From an uncultured Woeseiaceae bacterium (GTDB lineage Bacteria; Pseudomonadota; Gammaproteobacteria; Steroidobacterales; Woeseiaceae): 64,000 nt of DNA. The notes under the pieces are model-generated. The model was not told the DNA's origin. It made no database searches and saw only the letters and a list, made by a program, of their open reading frames with translations. Below are positions 36,172-44,075 of the stretch, piece by piece. The stretch lies in assembly GCA_964427415.1 (NCBI GenBank), contig CAYRUH010000006.1:7426-71425 (forward strand), read 5' to 3'. The position numbers and the translations under genes were made by a program. How positions within the stretch are numbered: position 1 is the stretch's first letter; the number at the start of each line of letters is the position of its first letter.

Positions 36172-36669
36172 TCAGTCTTGCGCGCTTTCTTCGAGGCGCG
36201 CCGAGACGATCTTCACCGGCTCCACGGGCACGTCGCTGTGGCCGCCCCGGTTGCCCGTCTCCACGGCCGCGATCCTGTCGACCACGTCCATGCCGTCGGC
36301 CACCTGCGCGAATACGGCATAGCCGAAATCGCGGGAGCCGTGGTCCAGGGGCGCGTTGTCCTTGAGGTTGATGAAGAACTGGGAAGTAGCACTGTTCCTG
36401 TCCTGGGTCCGGGCCATCGACAGTGTGCCGCGCAGGTTCTTCACTCCGTTGTCCGCCTCGTTTGTGATCGGGTTACGGGTGGTCTTTCGGCTCATGTCCT
36501 CCGTGTGGCCGCCGCCCTGGATGACGAAGCCGGGGATGACCCGGTGGAAGATCGTGTCGTCGTAGAAGCCTTCTTGCACGTAACGGCGGAAGTTCTCCGT
36601 GGTGACGGGTGCTTCCTCCGTCATCAGCTCTATCCTGATTTCGCCCAGGCTCGTCTCGAAAATAACCAC
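36172..36669 (-). CDS. ppiB: cyclophilin-type peptidyl-prolyl cis-trans isomerase (cytoplasmic)
   Basis: 165-aa ORF. FHRVIPGFVIQGG, LSMART...SQFFIN and no signal peptide. Confidence 0.9.
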   Translation of the reverse strand: MVIFETSLGEIRIELMTEEAPVTTENFRRYVQEGFYDDTIFHRVIPGFVIQGGGHTEDMSRKTTRNPITNEADNGVKNLRGTLSMARTQDRNSATSQFFINLKDNAPLDHGSRDFGYAVFAQVADGMDVVDRIAAVETGNRGGHSDVPVEPVKIVSARLEESAQD

Positions 36670-36692
36670 TCGCTCTCTCCTGTTGCCGGTTG

Positions 36693-37550
36693 TCAGGCGT
36701 CCGGCAGCCGTGCTTCCGTGACGCGCTCGGCGCCCGCGAGATCCCGCCGGCAGGCGACGACCTCCAGACCCTCGGCCCGGAGGATACCCGCAACGTCCGC
36801 GGCCTGCATGGCGGCGTGCTCGATCAGCGCCCGTCCGCCGGGTTCCAGGCGCGCAGACAGGCCTGCCGCGATGCGTCGGATATCGTCGAGTCCGTCGGCG
36901 CCGGCTGCGAGCGCACGGCGGGGCTCGAAGGTAATGGCCGGGTCGGCGAGTGCCGGGTCGTTTTCAGCGACGTAGGGCGGGTTCGAGACGATCAGGTCGA
37001 ATCGCTCGTCGCCGAGGGCTGCGTACCAGTCGCTCTCGATGAAGCGGATGCGTCCGGGCGCGAGGCGAGCGGCATTACGTTGGGCGACGGCGAGCGCCTC
37101 CGCGCTGGCGTCCGTCGCCGTCAGCTCGGCCGCGGGCCGTTCGCTGGCGAGGGCGATAGCGATAGCGCCGCTGCCGGTGCCGAGATCCATAACCCGGCTG
37201 GCGGCTTCCTGCGGTATCAGCTCCAGCGCCCCCTCGACGAGGATCTCCGTGTCCGGGCGGGGAATGAGCACCGCGGGCGTGAGTTCGAACTCCAGGGACC
37301 AGAATTCCCGACTGCCCGTAATGTAGGCAAGGGGTTCGCCCGCAAGGCGGCGTGCCAGCCAGTCATCGGCATGCGTCCGCGCAGTCCCGGCCGGGACGTC
37401 GTCCCGGTGCGCGAGGAGCCAGCTACGGTCGCGACCGAGGGCGTGCGCGAGCAACAGCTCGGCGTCCAGCGCCGGGCTGTCCGAAACGTCCGCCAGGGCC
37501 GACCGCGCGCGCTGCAGCCAGCCGCCGATATCGTGCGCCCCACTATTCAT
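36693..37550 (-). CDS. prmC: release-factor glutamine N5-methyltransferase
   Basis: Start at the internal ATG 37550 (MNSGAHDIGGWL...). Contains DLGTGSGAIAI and the NPPY motif (SNPPYV). Confidence 0.85.
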   Translation of the reverse strand: MNSGAHDIGGWLQRARSALADVSDSPALDAELLLAHALGRDRSWLLAHRDDVPAGTARTHADDWLARRLAGEPLAYITGSREFWSLEFELTPAVLIPRPDTEILVEGALELIPQEAASRVMDLGTGSGAIAIALASERPAAELTATDASAEALAVAQRNAARLAPGRIRFIESDWYAALGDERFDLIVSNPPYVAENDPALADPAITFEPRRALAAGADGLDDIRRIAAGLSARLEPGGRALIEHAAMQAADVAGILRAEGLEVVACRRDLAGAERVTEARLPDA

Positions 37551-37681
37551 GATCCGCCCCCCGGACACGGTGTCCGCCGCGCTGCCGCCCAGGCGGCGCA
37601 TGCTACCGTCAGGGCGCCCGGCCGGCTAGCCGCCGCGCGTCCATGGCGTAGAATGGCGTTCATTCCGCAAGGGGATCCCTG

Positions 37682-39061
37682 ATGAATATCTATTCCAACG
37701 TGCTGGACATGGTGGGCCGCACGCCGATGCTGGAGGTGAGCCGTTTCGACACCGGCCCCTGCCGGCTGTTCCTGAAACTCGAACTCGCCAACCCCGGCGG
37801 CTCCATCAAGGACCGCATCGGCATCTCCATGATCGAGGAGGCCGAGAAACGCGGCGACCTGAAACCGGGCGACACCATCGTGGAGGCGACCGCCGGCAAC
37901 ACCGGTATCGCGCTCGGGCTGGTCGCCGCCCAGAAGGGCTATCACCTGGTGCTCGTGATTCCGGACAAGATGAGTCAGGAGAAGATCTTCAACCTGCGCG
38001 CCATGGGCGCCGAAGTGGTACTCACCCGCTCGGATGTCGGCAAGGGCCATCCGGAGTATTACCAGGACCTGGGCCAGCGGATCGCGGACGAGCGCGGCGC
38101 CTACTTCATCAACCAGTTCGGCAACCCGGACAACCCGCTGGCCCACGAGCGGACGACGGCGCCGGAGATCTGGGAGCAGATGCAGGGCGACCTCGACGCG
38201 GTCGTGGTCGGCGTCGGCTCCAGCGGCACCATCTCGGGCATGTCGAAGTATTTCCGTGACAACGACACGGGCGTGAAGATGATCCTGGCCGACCCGGAGG
38301 GCTCCGTGCTGGCCGACTACGTGGAGACCGGCGAGCTGGGCGAGAAGGGCAGCTGGCTGGTGGAAGGCATTGGCGAGGATTTCATCCCGTCGATCTGCGA
38401 CCTCTCCGATGTGGATGCGGCGTACACCGTGCCGGATGCCGAGTCTTTCGCCCTGGCGCGGGAGCTGCTGCTGAAGGAGGGTATCCTCGCCGGCTCGTCC
38501 TCCGGCACGCTGCTTGCGGCCGCGCTCAGATACTGCCGCGCGCAGACGGCGCCGAAGCGTGTCGTGGCCTTCGCCTGCGATACCGGCAACAAGTATCTCT
38601 CGAAGCTCTACAACGACTTCTGGATGGAGGACAACGGCTTCATCAGCCGCGAGCACTACGGGGACCTGCGCGACCTCATCGGCCGCCCGCACGGCGAGCA
38701 GGCCACCATCACGGTGGGCCCGTCCGACGTGGTGACCACCGCTCACAATCGTTTGCGCAATGCCGGCATCTCCCAGTTGCCGGTGATTGAAGAGGGTCGG
38801 CTCGTCGGCGTGCTCACCGAGGACGACATCATTCGCTTCGTCTTCGGCCATCCGGCGTTGATGCACGCGGCGGTAGCCGACGCCATGCAGACTGCCTTCA
38901 TCCGGCTCGATAAGGACGCGAGCGTCGACAACCTGGTGGCGATGCTGCAGGTGCAGCCCTATGCGGCTATTACCGCCGGCGACGAGTTCCTGGGGCTGAT
39001 CACACGATCCGACGTACTCAATTATCTGCGCAAGCAGAGCGGACAGGTGGCGACGACATGA
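37682..39061 (+). CDS. cystathionine beta-synthase (PLP fold-type II + tandem CBS domains)
   Basis: 459-aa ORF. NPGGSIKDR, TAGNTGIAL and GVGSSGTISG motifs. C-terminal CBS pair (ISQLPVIEEGRLVGVLTEDDI). Confidence 0.85.
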   Translation: MNIYSNVLDMVGRTPMLEVSRFDTGPCRLFLKLELANPGGSIKDRIGISMIEEAEKRGDLKPGDTIVEATAGNTGIALGLVAAQKGYHLVLVIPDKMSQEKIFNLRAMGAEVVLTRSDVGKGHPEYYQDLGQRIADERGAYFINQFGNPDNPLAHERTTAPEIWEQMQGDLDAVVVGVGSSGTISGMSKYFRDNDTGVKMILADPEGSVLADYVETGELGEKGSWLVEGIGEDFIPSICDLSDVDAAYTVPDAESFALARELLLKEGILAGSSSGTLLAAALRYCRAQTAPKRVVAFACDTGNKYLSKLYNDFWMEDNGFISREHYGDLRDLIGRPHGEQATITVGPSDVVTTAHNRLRNAGISQLPVIEEGRLVGVLTEDDIIRFVFGHPALMHAAVADAMQTAFIRLDKDASVDNLVAMLQVQPYAAITAGDEFLGLITRSDVLNYLRKQSGQVATT

Positions 39062-40218
39062 GCAGCGACAGGAAACACGGCTTCGCGACACGCACCATCC
39101 ACGCCGGCCAGTCGCCGGACCCCGCCACCGGTGCCATCATGCCGCCGATCTACGCCACCTCCACCTACGTGCAGTCCAGCCCCGGCGAGCATCAGGGCTA
39201 CGAGTACTCGCGCACCCGGAACCCGACCCGCGCGGCCTGGGAGCGCTGCATGGCAGATCTGGAGGGCGGCGCCGGCGCATTCGCGTTCGCCTCTGGGATG
39301 GCGTCCATTGCCACGGTGCTGGAGCTGCTGGATGCCGGCTCCCACATGGTGGCCATGGACGACCTCTACGGCGGCACTTACCGCCTGTTCGAGGGCGTGC
39401 GCAGGCGCTCGGCGGACCTCGACTTCGACTTCGTCGACTTCACGGACTGCGACGCCATCCGCGCCGCCATCCGGCCGGAGACCCGCATGCTGTGGCTGGA
39501 GAGCCCCAGCAACCCGCTGCTGAAGCTGGTGGATATCGAAGCGGTGGCGGCCATCGCCCGGGAACACCACTGCCTGCTGGTGGCGGACAACACCTTCGCC
39601 ACACCCTGGAGCCAGCAGCCGCTCGGTCTTGGCTGCGATATCGTCGTGCACTCCGTGACCAAGTACCTGAGCGGCCACTCGGACATGGTGGGCGGTATTG
39701 CTGTCACCGCGACCGACGAACTGGCCGAACGTCTCGCCTACCTGCAGAACTCGGTGGGTGCGATCGCGGGGCCGTTCGACAGTTTCCTCGCGCTCCGCGG
39801 CGTGAAGACGCTGGCGCTCAGGATGCAGCGTCACAACGACAACGCCAGTGCCATCGCCGAATGGCTGGTCGGCCGCGGCGAAGTGGAAGAGGTGGTCTAC
39901 CCGGGACTCGCGAGCCACCCCCAGCACGAACTGGCTTCACGGCAGATGAAGGGGGGCGGCGGCATCGTGACGTTTTTCATGAAAGGCGGACCTGAGGCAT
40001 CCCGCCGGTTCCTCGAGCGCTGCGAGGTGTTCGCGCTGGCGGAGAGCCTGGGCGGCGTGGAGAGCCTCATCGAGCATCCGGCCATCATGACCCATGCTTC
40101 CATACCCAAAGACAAGCGCGAGGCGCTCGGCATCAGCGATACCCTCATCCGCCTGTCGGTGGGCGTCGAAGACGTGGACGACCTGATCGCGGACCTGCAA
40201 CAGGCACTGGAGATGTAG
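39058..40218 (+). CDS. cystathionine gamma-lyase / Cys-Met metabolism PLP enzyme
   Basis: 386-aa ORF. YSRTRNPT and HSVTKYLSGHSD (PLP lysine) motifs. ATGA overlap with the CBS gene suggests translational coupling. Confidence 0.85.
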   Translation: MSSDRKHGFATRTIHAGQSPDPATGAIMPPIYATSTYVQSSPGEHQGYEYSRTRNPTRAAWERCMADLEGGAGAFAFASGMASIATVLELLDAGSHMVAMDDLYGGTYRLFEGVRRRSADLDFDFVDFTDCDAIRAAIRPETRMLWLESPSNPLLKLVDIEAVAAIAREHHCLLVADNTFATPWSQQPLGLGCDIVVHSVTKYLSGHSDMVGGIAVTATDELAERLAYLQNSVGAIAGPFDSFLALRGVKTLALRMQRHNDNASAIAEWLVGRGEVEEVVYPGLASHPQHELASRQMKGGGGIVTFFMKGGPEASRRFLERCEVFALAESLGGVESLIEHPAIMTHASIPKDKREALGISDTLIRLSVGVEDVDDLIADLQQALEM

Positions 40219-40312
40219 GAGGGCCTTCAGGCCCGATTGATTAATGAATCGGGGCTAAAGCCCCTGCTACGGGCCCCTGCTACGGGCCCCTGCTACGGGC
40301 CCCTCCTACGAG
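40216..40312. repeat. REP-like hairpin cluster plus a 13-nt tandem repeat
   Basis: Hairpin GGGCC-TTCA-GGCCC lies within the 22-mer TAGGAGGGCCTTCAGGCCCGAT (40216-40237, starting with the TAG stop of the lyase gene). A second hairpin, GGGGC-TAAA-GCCCC, is at 40251-40264. Then CCCCTGCTACGGG x3 plus a degenerate fourth copy CCCCTCCTACGAG (40261-40312). Confidence 0.8.
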
Positions 40313-40328
40313 GCGCTCCTGCATCGGT

Positions 40329-40709
40329 TTATTGCGGGTTCTGCGGCAGGCCGTCGGCGATGTCGTAGTAGTCGCCCTTGTCGGCCACGAAGATGTGCAG
40401 GCCGAGTTTGACGCCGGTCGGGCCGTCGAAAGCGCCCATGGCGATGCCGAATTCCTCTTTGCCGAGGGCGTCCCAGAACAGGAACGACCCGCAGGTGGAG
40501 CAGAAGCCGCGCCGCGCCTTCTCCGAGGCCTGGTACCAGGTCAGGTTATCGTCGCCGTGAATGGTGACACGGTCCCTCGGGACGTCGGTCGCCGCCCAAT
40601 AGTGGCCCGACTGCTTGCGGCACTGGGAACAGTGGCACGCCTCCGGCGTGGCGAGTTCGCCGGCCAGCTCGAACGTGACGGCGCCGCAGAGGCAGGATCC
40701 GGTGTGCAT
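40329..40709 (-). CDS. GFA / CENP-V family (glutathione-dependent formaldehyde-activating-like) zinc protein
   Basis: 126-aa ORF. GSCLCGAV...CHCSQCRK...FCSTCGS cysteine pattern of the GFA family. Confidence 0.85.
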   Translation of the reverse strand: MHTGSCLCGAVTFELAGELATPEACHCSQCRKQSGHYWAATDVPRDRVTIHGDDNLTWYQASEKARRGFCSTCGSFLFWDALGKEEFGIAMGAFDGPTGVKLGLHIFVADKGDYYDIADGLPQNPQ

Positions 40710-40992
40710 GATGGAGTCCTCCGTTGATGATTGACAGCGGGTTTCGAGCGCGACACCGATGTCGGCCGGTCCCCCCAGTCTTCGGCGTAGATGCGCACGC
40801 GGGAATCGTCGAGCACGTCACGAGGCCGCAGGCCGGCCGGTGGCGGATCCCGTAAAGCAATCTGCAGCCGGTCCCGGAGAACCGGACTGGTCCGATGCGC
40901 GCAGGTCTCTGAATTCGGTCCTCGGCTCCTCGGTTCGTGTGTCCGGAGCATCGCACAAGCGCTAAGATGCCACCATCGCCTCGAGACATTGC

Positions 40993-41481
40993 ATGAACAG
41001 CGAATTGCAGAACTTCGGCCTGACTCCTTTTTTTGTCGCCCAGCTGAGGGTGGAAGAACTGGAGGACGGCCGCATCGCGCGGGTCTCTCAGGTGCAGCGG
41101 TCCGTGCTGCGACTCCTGGACGGTGCCGGCGAGAAGACGCTGCCGCTGCGCTCCGATTACGTGTCGGCTCCATCGGGGGACCGGCCGACCGTCGGGGACT
41201 GGGTCGTGCTCTCCGAAGGCGGATCGAGGATCGACCGCGTGCTGGTGCGCAGGAGTATCTTCCGGCGCGTGGCCGCCGGTGAGAAAACCGAGCTCCAGCT
41301 GATTGCCGCGAACGTCGACGTCCTGTTCGTGGTGAGTTCCTGTAACGAGGAATTCAGGGAATCACGCCTCGAGCGCTACCTGGCGCTTGCCGGGGAGGCC
41401 GGCGTGCTGCCCGTCGTCGTGCTGACCAAGATGGACCTCGCGGATGACGCGGATTCCTACGTCGCCCGGGACGTCGCCCTG
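40993..41481 (+). pseudogene. RsgA/YjeQ-like ribosome-associated GTPase, 3'-truncated (N-terminal OB domain and start of the GTPase domain only)
   Basis: MNSELQNFGLTPFFVAQL...IAANVDVLFVVSSCNEEF...LERYLALAGEAGVLPVVVLTKMDLADD matches the RsgA paralog family. No G1 (GxSGVGKS) or zinc-finger region follows. After about 41481 the frame becomes Arg/Pro nonsense, which is the antisense of the glycosyltransferase remnant. Confidence 0.65.
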
Positions 41482-42301
41482 CCATGCTGCCGAAGCCGAC
41501 GTAGACCGGCGGCGGCCCGGCGTCCAGGAACGCGGCCAGCGCGGCCGATGGTCGCCAATCGTCATGGCTTTGCAGGAACCAGTAGCCTGTCGTTTCCGCA
41601 TGCCCGCCCGTGCGCCCCGGCGTCTCCGGCACCACGTGACGACTCCAGCCGTTCAGCATAGGAACGAATGCGCCATCGTGCCGCTGGATCACGCTCCTGC
41701 GCGGGAGCCGCGCAGGCAGCCCTTCCGAGCTTCGCCATGCTGCGGACATACGCCGCGACGCGGCGCTGACGGCGCCGAGCACGAGCCGGTGTGTCGCCCG
41801 GTTATAAGCCGCGCCCGGCCGGCCGCCGAACGGCAGCTCGGGAAAACCGGGATTGGGATAGGCACCGGTCGGATGGAACGTCGGGAACAGAGCCGCCATG
41901 GCGGCGGGGATGTCCATGCGCTCGGCGTAATGGAGTGCGATGGCCATCTTCGGGTGGTATACGATCAGGTCCGGCTCCGCCTCCCGCGCCGCCGCCCAGC
42001 CGTCCCGGAACAGGTCGCGCTGGATCTGGAGTGATTCCCGGATCAGGGCGAACAGCGAGCGTAGCCCGGAGATCGTCCCGCCCGCGGCCGCGATGGCCTC
42101 CCGGCCCCGGGGCGTCTCCACCAGCGCCACCAGGTCGTCGCTGAGGTATCCGTAGTCGAGGCCACGCCCGGTGATGAGGGACTCGTAACGCGGGCTCGTG
42201 CAGACCGTAACGGCATGGCCCGCCCCGCGCAGGCCCTCGGCAAGAGCGACATAGGGTTGCACGTCCCCTCGCGTGCCGATGGTGGCGATGAAGACCTTCA
42301 T
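41477..42301 (-). pseudogene. GT1-family (MGT/UDP-glycosyltransferase-like) glycosyltransferase, C-terminally truncated
   Basis: MKVFIATIGTRGDVQPYVALAEGL...PPVYVGFGSMAG is the N-terminal half of a GT-B glycosyltransferase. The whole C-terminal nucleotide-sugar-binding domain is missing. The track ORF tail (RRPGRRRNPRHPRG...) is the antisense of the rsgA remnant. Confidence 0.65.
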
Positions 42302-42347
42302 CCATCCTCTTGGGGTCCCCGGACGATCAATTGCCGGCGGAGCGCGA

Positions 42348-42767
42348 TCATCCCGGTGGTTTCACGGCCCTGCCGATCCTTGTGGCCGCGAACGCCATGG
42401 GGAAATACGCCAGCACGAGGTCGGCGACAACGAACCAGGTCGGTGCCGGTATCATCCGCGCGGCGGCGATGCCGCCCGCGAAGAACACGGCACCGACGGC
42501 CCAGGCGGCTGCGTTGCGGTAGCCGCCGGCGAACAGGTGTGCCGCCGTGGCGCCGACCAGCGTACCGACGGCATGCGCGAGGAAGGGAAACAGGAAATGC
42601 TGCGGCTGAAAGAGGTGAGCGGAAGCCGCGACCGACTCGGCATTCGTGACGTCCATGCCTTCGGGCGCCGGTACGATCGCCGATCCCAGCATCACCAGCG
42701 CCAGGTTGACGATTCCGCCGATCAACACACCGGCAACGAGGGCAAGTATCACGCGCAGGATCTTCAT
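42348..42767 (-). CDS. hypothetical integral membrane protein
   Basis: 139 aa from the internal ATG 42767 (MKILRVILALVAGVLIGGIVNLALV...). Four hydrophobic segments. The upstream part of the track ORF is compositionally non-coding. Confidence 0.5.
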   Translation of the reverse strand: MKILRVILALVAGVLIGGIVNLALVMLGSAIVPAPEGMDVTNAESVAASAHLFQPQHFLFPFLAHAVGTLVGATAAHLFAGGYRNAAAWAVGAVFFAGGIAAARMIPAPTWFVVADLVLAYFPMAFAATRIGRAVKPPG

Positions 42768-42813
42768 GACGTGTCTCCTCGGGTGCCCATGGTAGCGGGG
42801 CTGTCGCCGTATC

Positions 42814-43047
42814 TTACCGTGCGTCAGGGCCGGGTGCCCGCGGACCGGACGGTGCTGCGCTTTCGGCCGGCAGGCTTGCGTGAAAATGCACCGCCAGCAG
42901 GGCGGCGACGATGAGGAACACGCCCACGTAGCCCGCGATGCCGACATTGCGGAGCGCCATGTTGCCGGTGACCACACCGCTCAGACCTGCAAGGGCGAGA
43001 CCCCGGCTCAGTAGTGTGGCTGCCCTGATCGAGAGCAGGAGCGGCAT
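42814..43047 (-). CDS. hypothetical small membrane protein
   Basis: 77-aa ORF with two hydrophobic segments. No family recognised. Confidence 0.3.
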   Translation of the reverse strand: MPLLLSIRAATLLSRGLALAGLSGVVTGNMALRNVGIAGYVGVFLIVAALLAVHFHASLPAESAAPSGPRAPGPDAR

Positions 43048-43074
43048 GCGTCCGGGCGCGGCAGCTGCGCAGAG

Positions 43075-43722
43075 TCACGCTTTCGCAATGATATAGCTCC
43101 CGGCACCGAGCATGATGGTTCCCGCCGCCTTCCTGGCTGCGCGCTCGAACTTCAGTTCTCTCGCCATCGTCGCAAGTTTTCGCGCCGATAGCGCATACAG
43201 CATCTTCACGCCGCCGACGCTCGTGACCGTTACACACACGATCGTCACCACGTCTGCGGCTTGAAGCGCAGACACGTCAACGAACACGGGAAAAAGGCTG
43301 AGGTAGAACAGGATGGCCTTCACGTCTCCCAGGGTCAGCGCAAAGCCCGCAAGAAAGCTGGCCGTGAGACTGCCGCGTGGGTTACCGGCGTTCGCCCGGC
43401 CGGTGGTCCCCGGTTTTGTTCTCAGCAGCGAGAGACCAAGCCAGAGAAGGTATATCGCCCCCAGGTATCTGATGCCCAGGAAAAGGCTTCCGAGGGTCTC
43501 CGCGAGTACGGACAAGCCGAATACGGCCAGCCCGATAAAGACCAGGTCACCCAGCACGATTCCCGCGGCAACGGCGGCACCGTTTGCCATACCCAGAGTC
43601 GCCGACCGGGTCACGACGAGTGCGACGCTGGCGCTCGGTATGGCGGCAAGCGACGCCATGATGCCGAAAAGGGCGAGTATTTCGATGAGGCTCATTGTCG
43701 GCATAGTGCCAGTCATCGGCAC
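43075..43722 (-). CDS. LysE/RhtB family amino-acid efflux translocator
   Basis: 215-aa ORF with a six-TM pattern. Typical LysE N-terminus (LALFGIMASLAAIPSASVALVV) and LTLGDVKAILFY. The real start may be the internal ATG at 43695. Confidence 0.85.
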   Translation of the reverse strand: MPMTGTMPTMSLIEILALFGIMASLAAIPSASVALVVTRSATLGMANGAAVAAGIVLGDLVFIGLAVFGLSVLAETLGSLFLGIRYLGAIYLLWLGLSLLRTKPGTTGRANAGNPRGSLTASFLAGFALTLGDVKAILFYLSLFPVFVDVSALQAADVVTIVCVTVTSVGGVKMLYALSARKLATMARELKFERAARKAAGTIMLGAGSYIIAKA

Positions 43723-43759
43723 CGGCGGTCATCTGTCCATTTGGTCGACCGGCGCGCGG

Positions 43760-43954
43760 CTAACCGCCGCCGTCTTCCGCGGGCAGCACCGAGTAGATGC
43801 CGGTCAGGTGGTAGCGGAAATCGAAGTCGACATAGAGAGCAATGACGGGCGCCGCCAGCCAGCAGGCCCAGCCAATAAACAGATTACGTCTGCGCTTCGC
43901 ACGCGCCGTGGGTATTTTTGAGAGAAGTTCCATTTCGCGCTGCGTGAGATTCAT
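43760..43954 (-). CDS. hypothetical small membrane protein
   Basis: 64 aa from the internal ATG (MNLTQREMELLSKIP...FIGWACWLAAPVIALYV). One TM segment. Weak call. Confidence 0.3.
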   Translation of the reverse strand: MNLTQREMELLSKIPTARAKRRRNLFIGWACWLAAPVIALYVDFDFRYHLTGIYSVLPAEDGGG

Positions 43955-44075
43955 GGCGGTTCGCGACGAAAGAAATCTCTTGGTCTGAAAATACCACAAG
44001 CGGCGCCCAACCGGGAGCGTGCGCCAAGGTCGGTGACCGGGGAACGGCCCTGGAGCTCCTCGCTTCCCGGCTGTG

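Noticed and set aside
40261-40312. Possible CRISPR array, because of the short tandem repeats.
   Set aside because: The 13-nt units are directly abutting with no spacers and are far shorter than CRISPR repeats. No cas genes are present in the window.
41354-41661. The track ORF ends suggest that the GTPase and glycosyltransferase genes genuinely overlap by about 300 nt.
   Set aside because: Both overlapping tails are Arg/Pro-rich nonsense with no family similarity. The overlap is better explained by truncation of both genes at one junction.
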